A DNA stretch of 64,000 nt. Origin: Bacteroidota bacterium. Lineage in GTDB: Bacteria; Bacteroidota; Bacteroidia; Palsa-965. The stretch spans positions 1,618 through 65,617 of the forward strand of contig VBWE01000014.1 in NCBI GenBank assembly GCA_006218065.1, given 5' to 3'. A model generated the notes under the pieces. It was not told the DNA's origin. It did not search any database and saw only the letters and a list, made by a program, of their open reading frames with translations. A program made the position numbers and the translations under genes. Position 1 is the first letter of the stretch, and every line of letters begins with the position of its first letter. Shown piece after piece: positions 18,899 to 28,772 of the stretch.

Positions 18899-20488
18899 TT
18901 AAACGGGATAGTTCTCATTCCACATCGCGCCGAGTATTCTCACGCTGGATTTGGCGGAAGCCTGTACCGGGAATTTCTGCACGAACGGCGTTGACGTGGC
19001 TTTTGCGACAAACCAGAGGTGAAAGATCACGAGTTCGGAACTCCTGATTTTCCAGGCATTGTTCCCGTCGGCCCGGTCCAGATTTTCTATAACCAGTTTG
19101 GCATTCTCGAAAACCTGGCGGTAGTCGAAATGATATTTGACGATGTCACGGAGAATTTCATAGATCAGTCTTGCACGTCCCTGTTTTCCTTTATCCTTCG
19201 AAATGGTCCGGAGGTGCATGTTCAGGTTGTGGATTCTGCCGCTGGCCTCGTCGTCCTGCAACACTTCAAGCGTATTCATAATCGTTAAAATGCGGATGCC
19301 GATGTTCCAGCCTTCCGTATCGTTTTCGATCGGGTTGATCACGGCCAGTATCTGCCCGGCCTGTTCATACCGTTTAAGCATAAACAGCGTGCATGCTTTG
19401 AAATAATCGTATTTCCCTTTCCGGAATTCCCCGATCGTTTCGATGTCCTGGGCCAGGACGGAATTGATATTGTCAAGCGCCTTTTCATATTCCCCGGAAT
19501 AAAACAGGGACAGGATAATGACTTCTTTGGCGTGCTGGTAATTGAAAGAGCCGGTCTTCAGGTACTTCAGCGATTCTCTTCCGTTGTTCAGGGCCTGCTC
19601 GAACTGGAACGAGTAAAGCGCATTTTCCGCGATGCTCGCCAGGACAAGTCCTTTTCTCGTCTCAGTATAAATGGATTGTCTTTTCTCGAGCAGGTGCAAT
19701 ATTTCGTAAAGCGCTTTTCTCACCCGCGGGTAATCGTCGATTATTTCATACAAATGCGCTTTGAGATAATAATAGTAATACCCGACGACAGCTGAATTCG
19801 ACGCTTCATAATACTTGGCAAGTTCTTCGATGGTCGCTTCCAGTTCCTGTATCCCGGTTTCTCCTTTGGTGGAATAATCGTCCCGTACAATTAAGTTGTG
19901 GTAACTGATCTCCGCTTCCGCTACGGCGTGACGGCAGTATTCGGAATGTTTATATTCGTCGAGGTACTTCTGCGCGAATTTGATCCCTTTTACGAGAGAC
20001 TGAATTTTATAGAGATGCAGCAAAGCAGCCTGCAGGTCATCGTAAATTTCGAACAGCCGTGCTTTTTCCGCAACGGCGGAGAAGAGGAAAACGGCCAGTT
20101 CATGATCTCCGCGTTCGATCAGGATCTGGGCGCATAAAAGCCGTTTGCGTACTTCGATAATGGCCCGGGCTCTTTCCGAATAGGCGTCTTCGCGTTTTAC
20201 GTTGACGTCCAATAATAGGGTTTCTAAAATTTTATCCCGGAGGCGGAGAATCAGCCGGTCGAAAGCGACAACTCCCATCTCCCCGTAAATAGCATACATC
20301 GCTTCGTTTTCATTCAGCGTCCTGCCCGCATCTTTCGACATGAGTATTTCGTAAAGCCGCATGGCTTTCGTTACGGCCTTTTCTCCTCTTTTGTGAAAAG
20401 ACCGCAAATACATCCTCAGGATGGCATGTTCATCGTCTGATAGAACATCCAGTAACCTGGAAATCGATTTCAGGGCTCCGGAACTCAT
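18899..20488 (-). CDS. Hypothetical all-helical protein; putative winged-HTH plus TPR-like regulator
   Basis: 529-aa ORF with lower GC than its neighbours. The N-terminal 'LNENEAMYAIYG...FDRLILRLRDKI' resembles an OmpR/SARP-type wHTH recognition helix, and TPR-like A/Y/L helical repeats follow. Function is inferred. Confidence 0.6.
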   Translation of the reverse strand: MSSGALKSISRLLDVLSDDEHAILRMYLRSFHKRGEKAVTKAMRLYEILMSKDAGRTLNENEAMYAIYGEMGVVAFDRLILRLRDKILETLLLDVNVKREDAYSERARAIIEVRKRLLCAQILIERGDHELAVFLFSAVAEKARLFEIYDDLQAALLHLYKIQSLVKGIKFAQKYLDEYKHSEYCRHAVAEAEISYHNLIVRDDYSTKGETGIQELEATIEELAKYYEASNSAVVGYYYYYLKAHLYEIIDDYPRVRKALYEILHLLEKRQSIYTETRKGLVLASIAENALYSFQFEQALNNGRESLKYLKTGSFNYQHAKEVIILSLFYSGEYEKALDNINSVLAQDIETIGEFRKGKYDYFKACTLFMLKRYEQAGQILAVINPIENDTEGWNIGIRILTIMNTLEVLQDDEASGRIHNLNMHLRTISKDKGKQGRARLIYEILRDIVKYHFDYRQVFENAKLVIENLDRADGNNAWKIRSSELVIFHLWFVAKATSTPFVQKFPVQASAKSSVRILGAMWNENYPV

Positions 20489-20566
20489 ATAAGTAATTGA
20501 TTTTCATGTACTTATTTGACTGTCGTGAAAACGCCCTTTTTTGATCGTTTTTGACCGCCCGTCCCC

Positions 20567-20591
20567 TGATTTTTGAGTGAACCAAAAATCA
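20567..20591. promoter_or_regulatory. Perfect 9-bp inverted repeat TGATTTTTG-N7-CAAAAATCA (candidate operator or promoter element)
   Basis: Lies between the divergent starts at 20488 and 20599. Confidence 0.5.
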
Positions 20592-20598
20592 AAAGATC

Positions 20599-20673
20599 AT
20601 GCTGTTCATTTGCGATTTCTTCAAGTGGATCAACGGTATCATTACCGGTATCCAGGATGGTTTAGGCCTTTGA
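20599..20673 (+). CDS. 24-aa micropeptide MLFICDFFKWINGIITGIQDGLGL
   Basis: ATG preceded by the A-rich caaaaatcaaaagatc typical of Bacteroidota starts, amphipathic pattern, and a terminator downstream. Below the ORF-track size cutoff. Confidence 0.55.
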   Translation: MLFICDFFKWINGIITGIQDGLGL

Positions 20674-20703
20674 AACCAGTAAAGCCTTAGCCTTCAGCGC
20701 TAT

Positions 20704-20753
20704 CCCGTGTCATGTCAGTCGTCCGTCAAAACATTGATATGACACGGGTTTTT
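20704..20753 (+). terminator. Intrinsic terminator of the micropeptide gene
   Basis: 16-bp stem CCCGTGTCATGTCAGT/ATTGATATGACACGGG (two G-U pairs on the + strand) followed by TTTTT. Confidence 0.7.
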
Positions 20754-21001
20754 CACTATTTTATTTATAGCAAAATATAAATAAGAATCTATTTAAACAA
20801 ATAAATAAGGATATAGTTATTCCATTTGTTTAAGACATCCGTAAAAACCCCTGTTTGGGGTATTACAAATGGCAGCCGGGCGGGTTTTTCACCGGACTTC
20901 CCGCTAATATTTCCACGCATCGGACCGCGGTCCCCGCAAAAAGCGGTTCATGCTATTTTTAGTACCTTTGTCTCTCTTTTCCAACGAGCAGAGAGACCGA
21001 C

Positions 21002-22900
21002 ATGAGCGAAGCGATCAAACACGAGTGCGGTATAGCGCTGATCAGACTCTTAAAACCCTACCAATACTATATTGACAAGTATGGCACGCCGATGTACGGC
21101 CTGAACAAGTTATGCCTGCTCATGCAGAAGCAGCATAACCGCGGGCAGGACGGGGGCGGGGTAGCGACCATCAAATTCGATATGCAGCCGGGACACCGGT
21201 ACATCAGCCGCTACCGTTCCACTTCCTCTTCGGCCATCAAAGAAATCTTCGACAAGATCCACGTCAAATTCGAAGACGTGCTGAAAAAAAATCCTGCCCG
21301 GCTGAAAGACGCCGAGTACCTGAAACGCAACGTAGCCTTTACCGGCGAACTGCTTCTCGGCCACCTGCGTTACGGTACTTACGGGAAAAACAGCATCGAA
21401 AACTGTCATCCTTTCCTGCGCCAGAATAACTGGATTACGCGGAACCTGGTTGTTGCCGGCAATTTTAACCTGACCAATGTCGACGAACTGTTCGCTCACC
21501 TGGTCGAGATCGGGCAGCACCCGAAAGAAAAAGCCGACACGGTGACCGTGATGGAAAAAATCGGCCACTTCCTCGATCGTGAAGTGGAACGCCTTTTCCA
21601 GAAACATAAATCGGAAGACGTCAGCAACAAAGACCTGACCGACCTCATCGGCCGCGATATGAATATCCAGGCCGTGCTGCGCGATGCAGGAAAAAAATGG
21701 GATGGCGGATATACCATGGCCGGTATGCTGGGACACGGCGATGCTTTCGTGCTTCGCGACCCGAACGGAATCCGCCCTGCGTATTATTTCGCCGACGATG
21801 AAGTCGTCGTAGTGGCTTCCGAACGTCCCGCGATCCAGACCGCCTTCAACGTGCCGATCGATGAGGTGAAGGAGATCAGCCCGGGATGCGCGCTCATCAT
21901 CAAAAAAAGCGGCGAATGGTCCGAGAAACAGGTCCGCACGCCGCGCGAAAAAAAATCATGCTCCTTCGAGCGCATCTATTTCTCGCGCGGAAGTGACAAA
22001 AGCATTTACGAGGAACGCAAGAACCTCGGCCGCCAGCTGACTTCCTCCGTACTCAAAACGGTGGATTACGACCTGAAGAATACCGTTTTTTCATACATCC
22101 CGAATACCGCGGAAGTCGCTTTCCACGGGCTTGTTGAAGGACTGCACCATTACCTCAACACCGTAAAGCGCCACAAAATCCTGACCATGGATAAAGTGGC
22201 CGACCCGGAACTTTCGGAAATTCTCTCGCTTCAGCCGCGCATCGAAAAAATTCCGATCAAGGATGTCAAGCTGCGCACCTTCATCACGTCCGACGACGAC
22301 CGCGACGATATGGTGGCGCACGTTTACGATACGACTTACGGCGTAGTGAAACGCGGCACGGATAACCTGGTGGTCCTCGACGATTCGATCGTCCGCGGAA
22401 CGACGCTTCGCCAGAGTATCCTGAAAATGCTCGATCGTCTCGGTCCGAAAAAGATCGTGGTCGTTTCTTCCGCCCCGCAGATCCGTTATCCCGACTGCTA
22501 CGGTATCGATATGGCCAAGATGGGTGATTTCATTGCTTTCCAGGCGGCAGTAGAATTGCTTCGCGACAATTTCCGCGAAAACCTGCTGGAAGAAGTATAT
22601 GAAAAAGCCAAACTGATGGAAGATCTTCCCAAGCCGCAGATCACCAACGTGGTCAAAGAAATTTACGCGTCTTTCACACCCGAACAGATCTCCGTGAAAA
22701 TAGCGCAGTTGCTCACCCCGCCCGGGCTGCAGGCGGAAGTGGAAATTATTTACCAGACCATCGAAGGCCTCCACAATGCCTGCCCCGATCACAGCGGCGA
22801 CTGGTATTTCTCCGGCGATTATCCCACGCCCGGCGGAAACAAAGTGGTGAACCGCTCCTTCATCAACTACATGGAAGGAAAAAACGTCCGCGCCTATTAA
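21002..22900 (+). CDS. purF: Amidophosphoribosyltransferase (Bacteroidota long form)
   Basis: HECG N-terminal nucleophile, QHNRGQD, GHLRYGT, CSFERIYFSR, VLDDSIVRGTT and YGIDM. TACCTTTG box at 20963-20970. Confidence 0.96.
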   Translation: MSEAIKHECGIALIRLLKPYQYYIDKYGTPMYGLNKLCLLMQKQHNRGQDGGGVATIKFDMQPGHRYISRYRSTSSSAIKEIFDKIHVKFEDVLKKNPARLKDAEYLKRNVAFTGELLLGHLRYGTYGKNSIENCHPFLRQNNWITRNLVVAGNFNLTNVDELFAHLVEIGQHPKEKADTVTVMEKIGHFLDREVERLFQKHKSEDVSNKDLTDLIGRDMNIQAVLRDAGKKWDGGYTMAGMLGHGDAFVLRDPNGIRPAYYFADDEVVVVASERPAIQTAFNVPIDEVKEISPGCALIIKKSGEWSEKQVRTPREKKSCSFERIYFSRGSDKSIYEERKNLGRQLTSSVLKTVDYDLKNTVFSYIPNTAEVAFHGLVEGLHHYLNTVKRHKILTMDKVADPELSEILSLQPRIEKIPIKDVKLRTFITSDDDRDDMVAHVYDTTYGVVKRGTDNLVVLDDSIVRGTTLRQSILKMLDRLGPKKIVVVSSAPQIRYPDCYGIDMAKMGDFIAFQAAVELLRDNFRENLLEEVYEKAKLMEDLPKPQITNVVKEIYASFTPEQISVKIAQLLTPPGLQAEVEIIYQTIEGLHNACPDHSGDWYFSGDYPTPGGNKVVNRSFINYMEGKNVRAY

Positions 22901-22902
22901 CC

Positions 22903-22985
22903 AATTTTCGATTGCCGATTGGGGATTGCCGATTGTATTTTCTTACCGGCTACCCGCATAAATCGTAAGTCCAAAACCGTCAATG
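22903..22985. repeat. Degenerate heptamer-repeat hairpin after purF
   Basis: ttttcgattgccgattggggattgccgattg ... aatcgtaagtccaaaaccgtcaat. Confidence 0.55.
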
Positions 22986-23137
22986 GGAAATACGTTTTCC
23001 ACTCATCCGCTATTCTTTCCCATTCGTCGGTTAAGCTGTTCACCGCATCGTTTTTTCAGCCGGGAGGCATTTTTTGCACCGAAATTTGCAGAGTCAAAAG
23101 GGAACAACCGCCCTGAACCGGGTTCAAAAAAAGGATC

Positions 23138-23380
23138 ATGTCAGAAACTGAAGCAGTGGATACGGAACTCATGGATAAAGATCATAAGAAGGAACTGGCG
23201 GTGAGGATGCGGGAAATGCGGATCCAGCTTATCAAGGAAAAGCACCCGGTTTATGCCGCGTTTAGTTTTGGTTCATATACGGATGAAAAAGTAGCAGAAA
23301 TGTACCGCAAGCTGGTAGAAGAGAACGATACGGAGGGAAGTTTGCCCCCAGAGGGCGACCAGCATACGGGAGCGCAATGA
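23138..23380 (+). CDS. Hypothetical 80-aa protein
   Basis: A-rich upstream region, charged helical sequence, no recognised motif. Confidence 0.5.
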   Translation: MSETEAVDTELMDKDHKKELAVRMREMRIQLIKEKHPVYAAFSFGSYTDEKVAEMYRKLVEENDTEGSLPPEGDQHTGAQ

Positions 23381-23473
23381 GTGTGTAGGGTTATGTTGTT
23401 TTGTGCTCCTGTGAAAGGGGTCCTGGTAAACGGGGCTCCTTTCTTCTTTTTTCTCTAAATTGTCAGCTGTGTT

Positions 23474-26400
23474 ATGCGTTTACTCAAAGGATTTTACGAT
23501 CTCGAATTGCTTGCCGAACGCGCCGTTTTCCTCGCAGCGGCAATCACCATTCCTTTCGACGCCCTGCTGCACGGTGCTTTTGCCGCCGGCTCGCCGGAAA
23601 ATCCACTGAACCGGGTTATTCCCCCCGCGGTTGCGCTGGTTTTTTTCCTGCTCAGCCTGACCGGTAAATTCAACAAACGTTTTTTCGAATCCGCCACCTA
23701 TATCGTCATCGGCCTGTTCATGCTGCAGATCGGGTACCTGAATCACGTGTACCGGTTCAATGCCAACGAAAGCCTGCTGCTGGTGGCTGCCATGCTGCTG
23801 TTCAGTCTTTACTTCAGCAAGCTGCTGCCGCTGGTCATTTACCTTTCGGCATCGATGATGTATATCATCGCAGTACTACAATACACGCCTGACGCTGAAG
23901 TCGATCCCGATTCATTTATCCCGCGGTTCATGATGGGCGTGGTGATCGCTTTTATTCTTTCACGCGCCGGGCAGATCGTACAGGAAAAACTGCGTCTGTC
24001 GCGTGACGAACTGCAGCAAAAAAACAAAGAGCTGGAAGAAGTCCGGGGCAAGCTCGAATCCACGCTGAATTTCCAGCAAAGACTCTCGCTCGTGGCCGAC
24101 CGCACCACCAATGCAGTCATCATCACCGACAGCAGCGATTGTATCGAATGGGTAAACGAAGGTTTTACGCGCATCACCGGGTATACGGTGGAAGAAAGCA
24201 AAGGCCGCACACTTGAATTTTTACGTGGCGCCGCCACCGATCCCGAAACGGTGAAACGGATCGGCGAACGGCTGCTGCTGCGCAAACCGTTCGTGGATGA
24301 AATTCTGAACTACCGGAAAAACGGCACGCCGGTCTGGTTGCACATTCACGTAACGCCCATCCTGGATGATGCCGGGAAACTGGTCCGCTGCGTTTCCATC
24401 CAGGAAGATGTTACCGAACAAAAGCGCGTGGAAGAAGAGTTGCGCCACAGCCGCGAGCAGTTGAACATGGCCCAGCGCCTGGCGCAGATGGGACACTGGG
24501 AACTGCAGCCGCGCACACAGCAGTTCCAGGCTTCGGAAGAAACCGCGCGCATGTTCGGCGTGGAAGATACCGGCCGGATAGATGCCGCTATTTTCCGTTC
24601 GCGCATTCACCCCGATGATATCGACATGCTCGATAAGGTGCTCAAGGCTACGCTGAAAAGACGGTCGCCTTTTGAGATCGACCTGCGCATTATCGTCGGC
24701 GGGCAGCTTCGCCATATTTACATGATCGGTGAAGCGATCGCCGGGAAGGACGGGAACACGGAGAAAATTTTCGGAACCGTACAGGACATCACTGAACGGA
24801 AACGTATCGAAGAAGAACTGCGCCTTACGGAACTGCGTTTCCGGAAACTGTTCGAAAATTCGCAGCTGATGATCATTTCGCACGGCTTCGACGGAAGGAT
24901 ATTCAGCATCAACGCATCGGGCGCGCATGCACTGGGCTACGAGCCGGAAGAGCTGATCGGTTACAATGTGCGCAACTACATGGCGCCGAAAACCCAGGCG
25001 ATCTTTGAAAAGTATACGCAGGATATCATCCGGGCGGGACAGATGGGCGGTACCATGACGCTGATGCGCCGCGACGGATCGGAAGGCATCTGGATTTTCC
25101 GCAGCATCGTGCTCGACGATTCCGACGGCAACCCGTATATCCTCGGCAGTTGCCTCGATATCACGGAACGTTATGAAATGGAAAACGAGCTGAAGAAAGC
25201 GAAAGACGTTGCCGAAAAAGCGCTCGTGGCCAAAGACCGTTTCGTGGCGAATATCAGCCACGAAATACGTACGCCGATGAACGCGATCATCGGTTTTACC
25301 GACGTGCTGCTCGGAACCGAGCTCGACCGGGAGCAGTACGAATCGATCGATGCGGTGCGTTCGGCGGGCGAGAACCTGCTCGCGATCATCAACGACCTGC
25401 TCGACCTTTCGAAAATCGAAGCGGGCAAACTGCAGTTCGAGGAAAGACCGATGAACCTGCGCGAAGTGATGGGCGATGTGCATAAACTGCTTTCGTACCG
25501 ATCGGCTGACCGGCTGATCGAATTCACCTGGCACTGCGACGAACAGGTACCGCAATACATACTCGGCGATTCGCTCAAACTGAACCAGGTGCTGATCAAC
25601 CTCGTGGGCAACGCGATCAAGTTCACAGAAAAGGGGTTCGTCCGTTTCGACTGCAGCATGATCTGGGAAGACAGCGAGAACTGCATGCTGCGTTTCCGCG
25701 TGGAAGACAGCGGGATCGGCATTCCGCAGGAAAAAACCGATCTCATTTTCGAACCGTTCACGCAGGCCAGCAGCGATTCGAATCGCAAATACGGCGGCAC
25801 CGGCCTGGGCCTGAGCATCGCCAGGGACCTGGTAGAACTGCAGGGCGGAAGCATCGGCGTGGAAAGTGCGCCGGGAAAAGGATCGCTGTTCACCTTTACG
25901 CTCCCGGCAAAAAAAATAAACCCGGGAACGGTGCGCGAAGTGGAACAGGCCATGCTGCCCGATCACGTGCCTGCCGATATCCGCGTATTGCTGGTGGAAG
26001 ATCATCCGCTGAACCAGCAACTGGCGAAAAAACTGATCATCGATTTCGGTTTCGCGATCGACATCGCCGCGAACGGGCGCGCTGCGGTAGAAATGCTCCG
26101 GGCGGAAAAATACGACGTGGTGCTCATGGACCTGCAGATGCCGGAGATGGACGGCTACGAAGCCACGCAGTTCATCCGCAACGAAATGAAACTCGATGTG
26201 CCGATCGTTGCACTTACCGCGCATTCCATCGCAGGCGAAAGAGACAAGTGCCTGAAGATGGGCATGAACGATTATCTCTCCAAGCCTTTCCGTTCGCGCG
26301 ACCTGTATTTCAAAATCACGAGCAATACGATGAAGTACCGCAAGCTGCATACACCCGGAATCCCCGGTTCGATCACGGAGATCATCACGCCCGGCATGAC

Positions 26401-26728
26401 TCCTTTGCAGGAACTGGCGGCCGGGGACGTGAATTTCGAACGCGAGATGATCGCCATGCTGTTGCGGTCGATGCCCGACGATTATAACAACCTGCAGGAA
26501 GCGCTGAAATCGTTCGATCACAAAAAAGTGAAATCGCTTGCGCACCGGATGAAATCTTCAGTCGCCATGATCGGTGCGAAAACCTATGCCGGGAAACTGG
26601 AAGAGATGGAAAAACTTGCGCAATCCGCCGACCTGAAAACACTGCTGGAAAGGAATATCGTACTCCGCGCAGAGCAGGAGGAAATCATGGAGTATCTTAT
26701 TTCCCGGGAAACAGCGTTGAAGAACTGA
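23474..26728 (+). CDS. Hybrid sensor histidine kinase (TM-PAS x3-HisKA-HATPase-REC-Hpt)
   Basis: ISHEIRTPMNAI, NLVGNAIKFT, DSGIG, GGTGLGL, LLVED..DVVLMDLQMPEMDG and Hpt AHRMKSS. Confidence 0.95.
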   Translation: MRLLKGFYDLELLAERAVFLAAAITIPFDALLHGAFAAGSPENPLNRVIPPAVALVFFLLSLTGKFNKRFFESATYIVIGLFMLQIGYLNHVYRFNANESLLLVAAMLLFSLYFSKLLPLVIYLSASMMYIIAVLQYTPDAEVDPDSFIPRFMMGVVIAFILSRAGQIVQEKLRLSRDELQQKNKELEEVRGKLESTLNFQQRLSLVADRTTNAVIITDSSDCIEWVNEGFTRITGYTVEESKGRTLEFLRGAATDPETVKRIGERLLLRKPFVDEILNYRKNGTPVWLHIHVTPILDDAGKLVRCVSIQEDVTEQKRVEEELRHSREQLNMAQRLAQMGHWELQPRTQQFQASEETARMFGVEDTGRIDAAIFRSRIHPDDIDMLDKVLKATLKRRSPFEIDLRIIVGGQLRHIYMIGEAIAGKDGNTEKIFGTVQDITERKRIEEELRLTELRFRKLFENSQLMIISHGFDGRIFSINASGAHALGYEPEELIGYNVRNYMAPKTQAIFEKYTQDIIRAGQMGGTMTLMRRDGSEGIWIFRSIVLDDSDGNPYILGSCLDITERYEMENELKKAKDVAEKALVAKDRFVANISHEIRTPMNAIIGFTDVLLGTELDREQYESIDAVRSAGENLLAIINDLLDLSKIEAGKLQFEERPMNLREVMGDVHKLLSYRSADRLIEFTWHCDEQVPQYILGDSLKLNQVLINLVGNAIKFTEKGFVRFDCSMIWEDSENCMLRFRVEDSGIGIPQEKTDLIFEPFTQASSDSNRKYGGTGLGLSIARDLVELQGGSIGVESAPGKGSLFTFTLPAKKINPGTVREVEQAMLPDHVPADIRVLLVEDHPLNQQLAKKLIIDFGFAIDIAANGRAAVEMLRAEKYDVVLMDLQMPEMDGYEATQFIRNEMKLDVPIVALTAHSIAGERDKCLKMGMNDYLSKPFRSRDLYFKITSNTMKYRKLHTPGIPGSITEIITPGMTPLQELAAGDVNFEREMIAMLLRSMPDDYNNLQEALKSFDHKKVKSLAHRMKSSVAMIGAKTYAGKLEEMEKLAQSADLKTLLERNIVLRAEQEEIMEYLISRETALKN

Positions 26729-26786
26729 CCCGTTTAATGATGCAGTAAAAACTTCGGCAAAGAATTCCCTATGCCAGTCCCCAAAT

Positions 26787-28481
26787 TCAGTATTTGACAA
26801 TGCGGCGCGTCAGCCAGCCTTCGCCGGTATTCAGCCGGAGAAAATAAATTCCGGAGGTATAATCACCGAGCGGAATCTGGTACAGTGCATTTCCGCTGCC
26901 GATTATTTTTCCAGTGACATCCGACAGGAGGAACTCCGTGTAATTTCCCTGTATAAAAAGCAGGTCATGAACCGGGTTAGGATATAAAGCAAGCGCGGGA
27001 ACGCTGACTGATTCCTGCACTGCAGTTGATTCCGGCCCCCATCTGGCTAAAAAACCCTCGGTCATACCAAAATTATTAATCAGGTAAGTGCCGGTGCCCG
27101 GGTCAAGGTCGGTACTGTTTTCAATGTACCCGCCTAAAAACAAGTTTTCACTGATATCCGTTTTACAGCAATAAACTTCCTGTCGTACATTACTGCTGCC
27201 GATTGATTTGAGCGAGCTTAGAGATCCGTTTATTCCGGAAAGATACGCTACAAAAAAATCAGTATTGCCTGGTGTCGAATTCAGCATCATCACACCTGGA
27301 CCGGGATCAAAATCCAGGTTACCGGAATACGTTGCTGCCAAAACGATAGAGCCGGTTGTATAAAAATGCAATGCAAGTGAAGTGATGCAGCCGGTTGAAC
27401 AATGATAGGGTTGGAACCAGAGGAGAGAACCTGCGTTGTCTGTTTTTAATACGAATGCGCTGGCGGTTGGGCCGGAATTGTCTAAAGCGATGCCAGTACC
27501 GGGATCAAAATCAAAAGCAGGAACTGACGGTGTATAACCGGCAATGCAGATATTTCCGGAAGCATCACAGTGAAGCGCACAGGGTATGTTTGAGGTTCCC
27601 TGCTGGTTTCCGTATTGACCGGCGAAAACAAAATTTCCCGCAGTATTCAGTTTCAGCAGAAAGAGCGCACCCTGCGTATCCGTTAGTATGGCAGTTCCCG
27701 GCCCGGGATCAAAATCAGCGGAGTCATGAAACTCCCCGGTAAGCACAATATTTCCCTGCAGGTCCGTAGTCCCCGAGAAGAGTTTGTCAGCAGCAGAGGG
27801 AGATCCGAAAATTTTTGACCATAAATAGTTTCCTCCCGAATCCAATTGCAGTACATAACAATCCTGTCCGCCAATAGTGCCAGGACTGACAGTATTCGGA
27901 CCGGGATCAAAATCAACAGAATCATTCATTGTTCCGCCGATGGTTATCACCGTGTCAGCATGACAGGCCAGGAAAACACCATGCTCATCGGCGGCCGAGC
28001 GCAAACATTTTGCCCATGCCAGGTTGCCCGCACCATTAAACTTAAGAAGGAATGTATTATAATTCGAAGCATTCGAGAGCCAATTTACGCCCGGTCCGGG
28101 ATCAGCATCGAAATTATCGTTGAATTCCCCCATTACGTAAATATTGCCCGAAGCATCCGTTACTACCCGTTTCGCATATCCAAAACCGGTATTACCAAGG
28201 CTCATGCCCCATAAATAGTTGCCGCCGGCATCCAGTTTCTGGATAAAAATATCCGGTCCGCCTGGACCGTTCTCATAAAAATCAGAAAGACCCGGTCCGG
28301 GATCGAGGTCAACCTGCTGTACAAAATAACCTACGCTGATCACGTTGCCGGCCGGATCGATGGCCACATCCGAAACAGTAGAAAAATAGGCTGTCTGGTT
28401 TTCTGCCGCCCAATTGAAGAATTGCGCAGGAACTTTAACTGCCTGGAACAACACCAGTAAAACAAGGATGTTTTTTTTCAT
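26787..28481 (-). CDS. T9SS type A cargo protein with SBBP-like beta-propeller repeats
   Basis: Repeated 'DFDPG.G...D.F..KLD..GN..W' units and a YPNP...GIYFL CTD. AT-richer codon usage. Confidence 0.85.
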   Translation of the reverse strand: MKKNILVLLVLFQAVKVPAQFFNWAAENQTAYFSTVSDVAIDPAGNVISVGYFVQQVDLDPGPGLSDFYENGPGGPDIFIQKLDAGGNYLWGMSLGNTGFGYAKRVVTDASGNIYVMGEFNDNFDADPGPGVNWLSNASNYNTFLLKFNGAGNLAWAKCLRSAADEHGVFLACHADTVITIGGTMNDSVDFDPGPNTVSPGTIGGQDCYVLQLDSGGNYLWSKIFGSPSAADKLFSGTTDLQGNIVLTGEFHDSADFDPGPGTAILTDTQGALFLLKLNTAGNFVFAGQYGNQQGTSNIPCALHCDASGNICIAGYTPSVPAFDFDPGTGIALDNSGPTASAFVLKTDNAGSLLWFQPYHCSTGCITSLALHFYTTGSIVLAATYSGNLDFDPGPGVMMLNSTPGNTDFFVAYLSGINGSLSSLKSIGSSNVRQEVYCCKTDISENLFLGGYIENSTDLDPGTGTYLINNFGMTEGFLARWGPESTAVQESVSVPALALYPNPVHDLLFIQGNYTEFLLSDVTGKIIGSGNALYQIPLGDYTSGIYFLRLNTGEGWLTRRIVKY

Positions 28482-28617
28482 GAATACTGCAGTTTAAATT
28501 CTGTGTTCCAGGTAGCGGGAGTGATGTTCATTGCTTCAAACGTACACAACAGGATTATTCCATGGCGTTGCAAATACAGCAGTAAAAGGTGTATTGGGAT
28601 AAAAGGAATAAAAGACG

Positions 28618-28772
28618 GTCAACTGGCCTGTTGCTGCTGTCTTTCCACCCAACTGATTTACGACAACGAAATCAACATTCCGGTTGACCGCAATAACAGT
28701 AGTATTATTGATCCAACCGAAACACCCGGCACGCGTGTGCAGTTCAAACAAACATTTTTGGCATTCGGAGTT
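28618..28772 (+). pseudogene. Remnant of the 3' end of a DUF3078-family gene
   Basis: Translates to LSTQLIYDNEINIPVDRN...PGTRVQFKQTF, versus ISTQLIYDQDVAVPVDRN...TGPRVQFKEVF in the intact gene at 6176-7144. Confidence 0.6.

Noticed and set aside
24221-26545. 774-aa antisense ORF, and similar long shadow ORFs (2480-3952, 4554-5861, 12903-14150, 33102-34424, 41386-42771)
   Set aside because: They lie opposite well-supported genes and lack motifs. They are expected from codon bias that depletes stops on the antisense strand.
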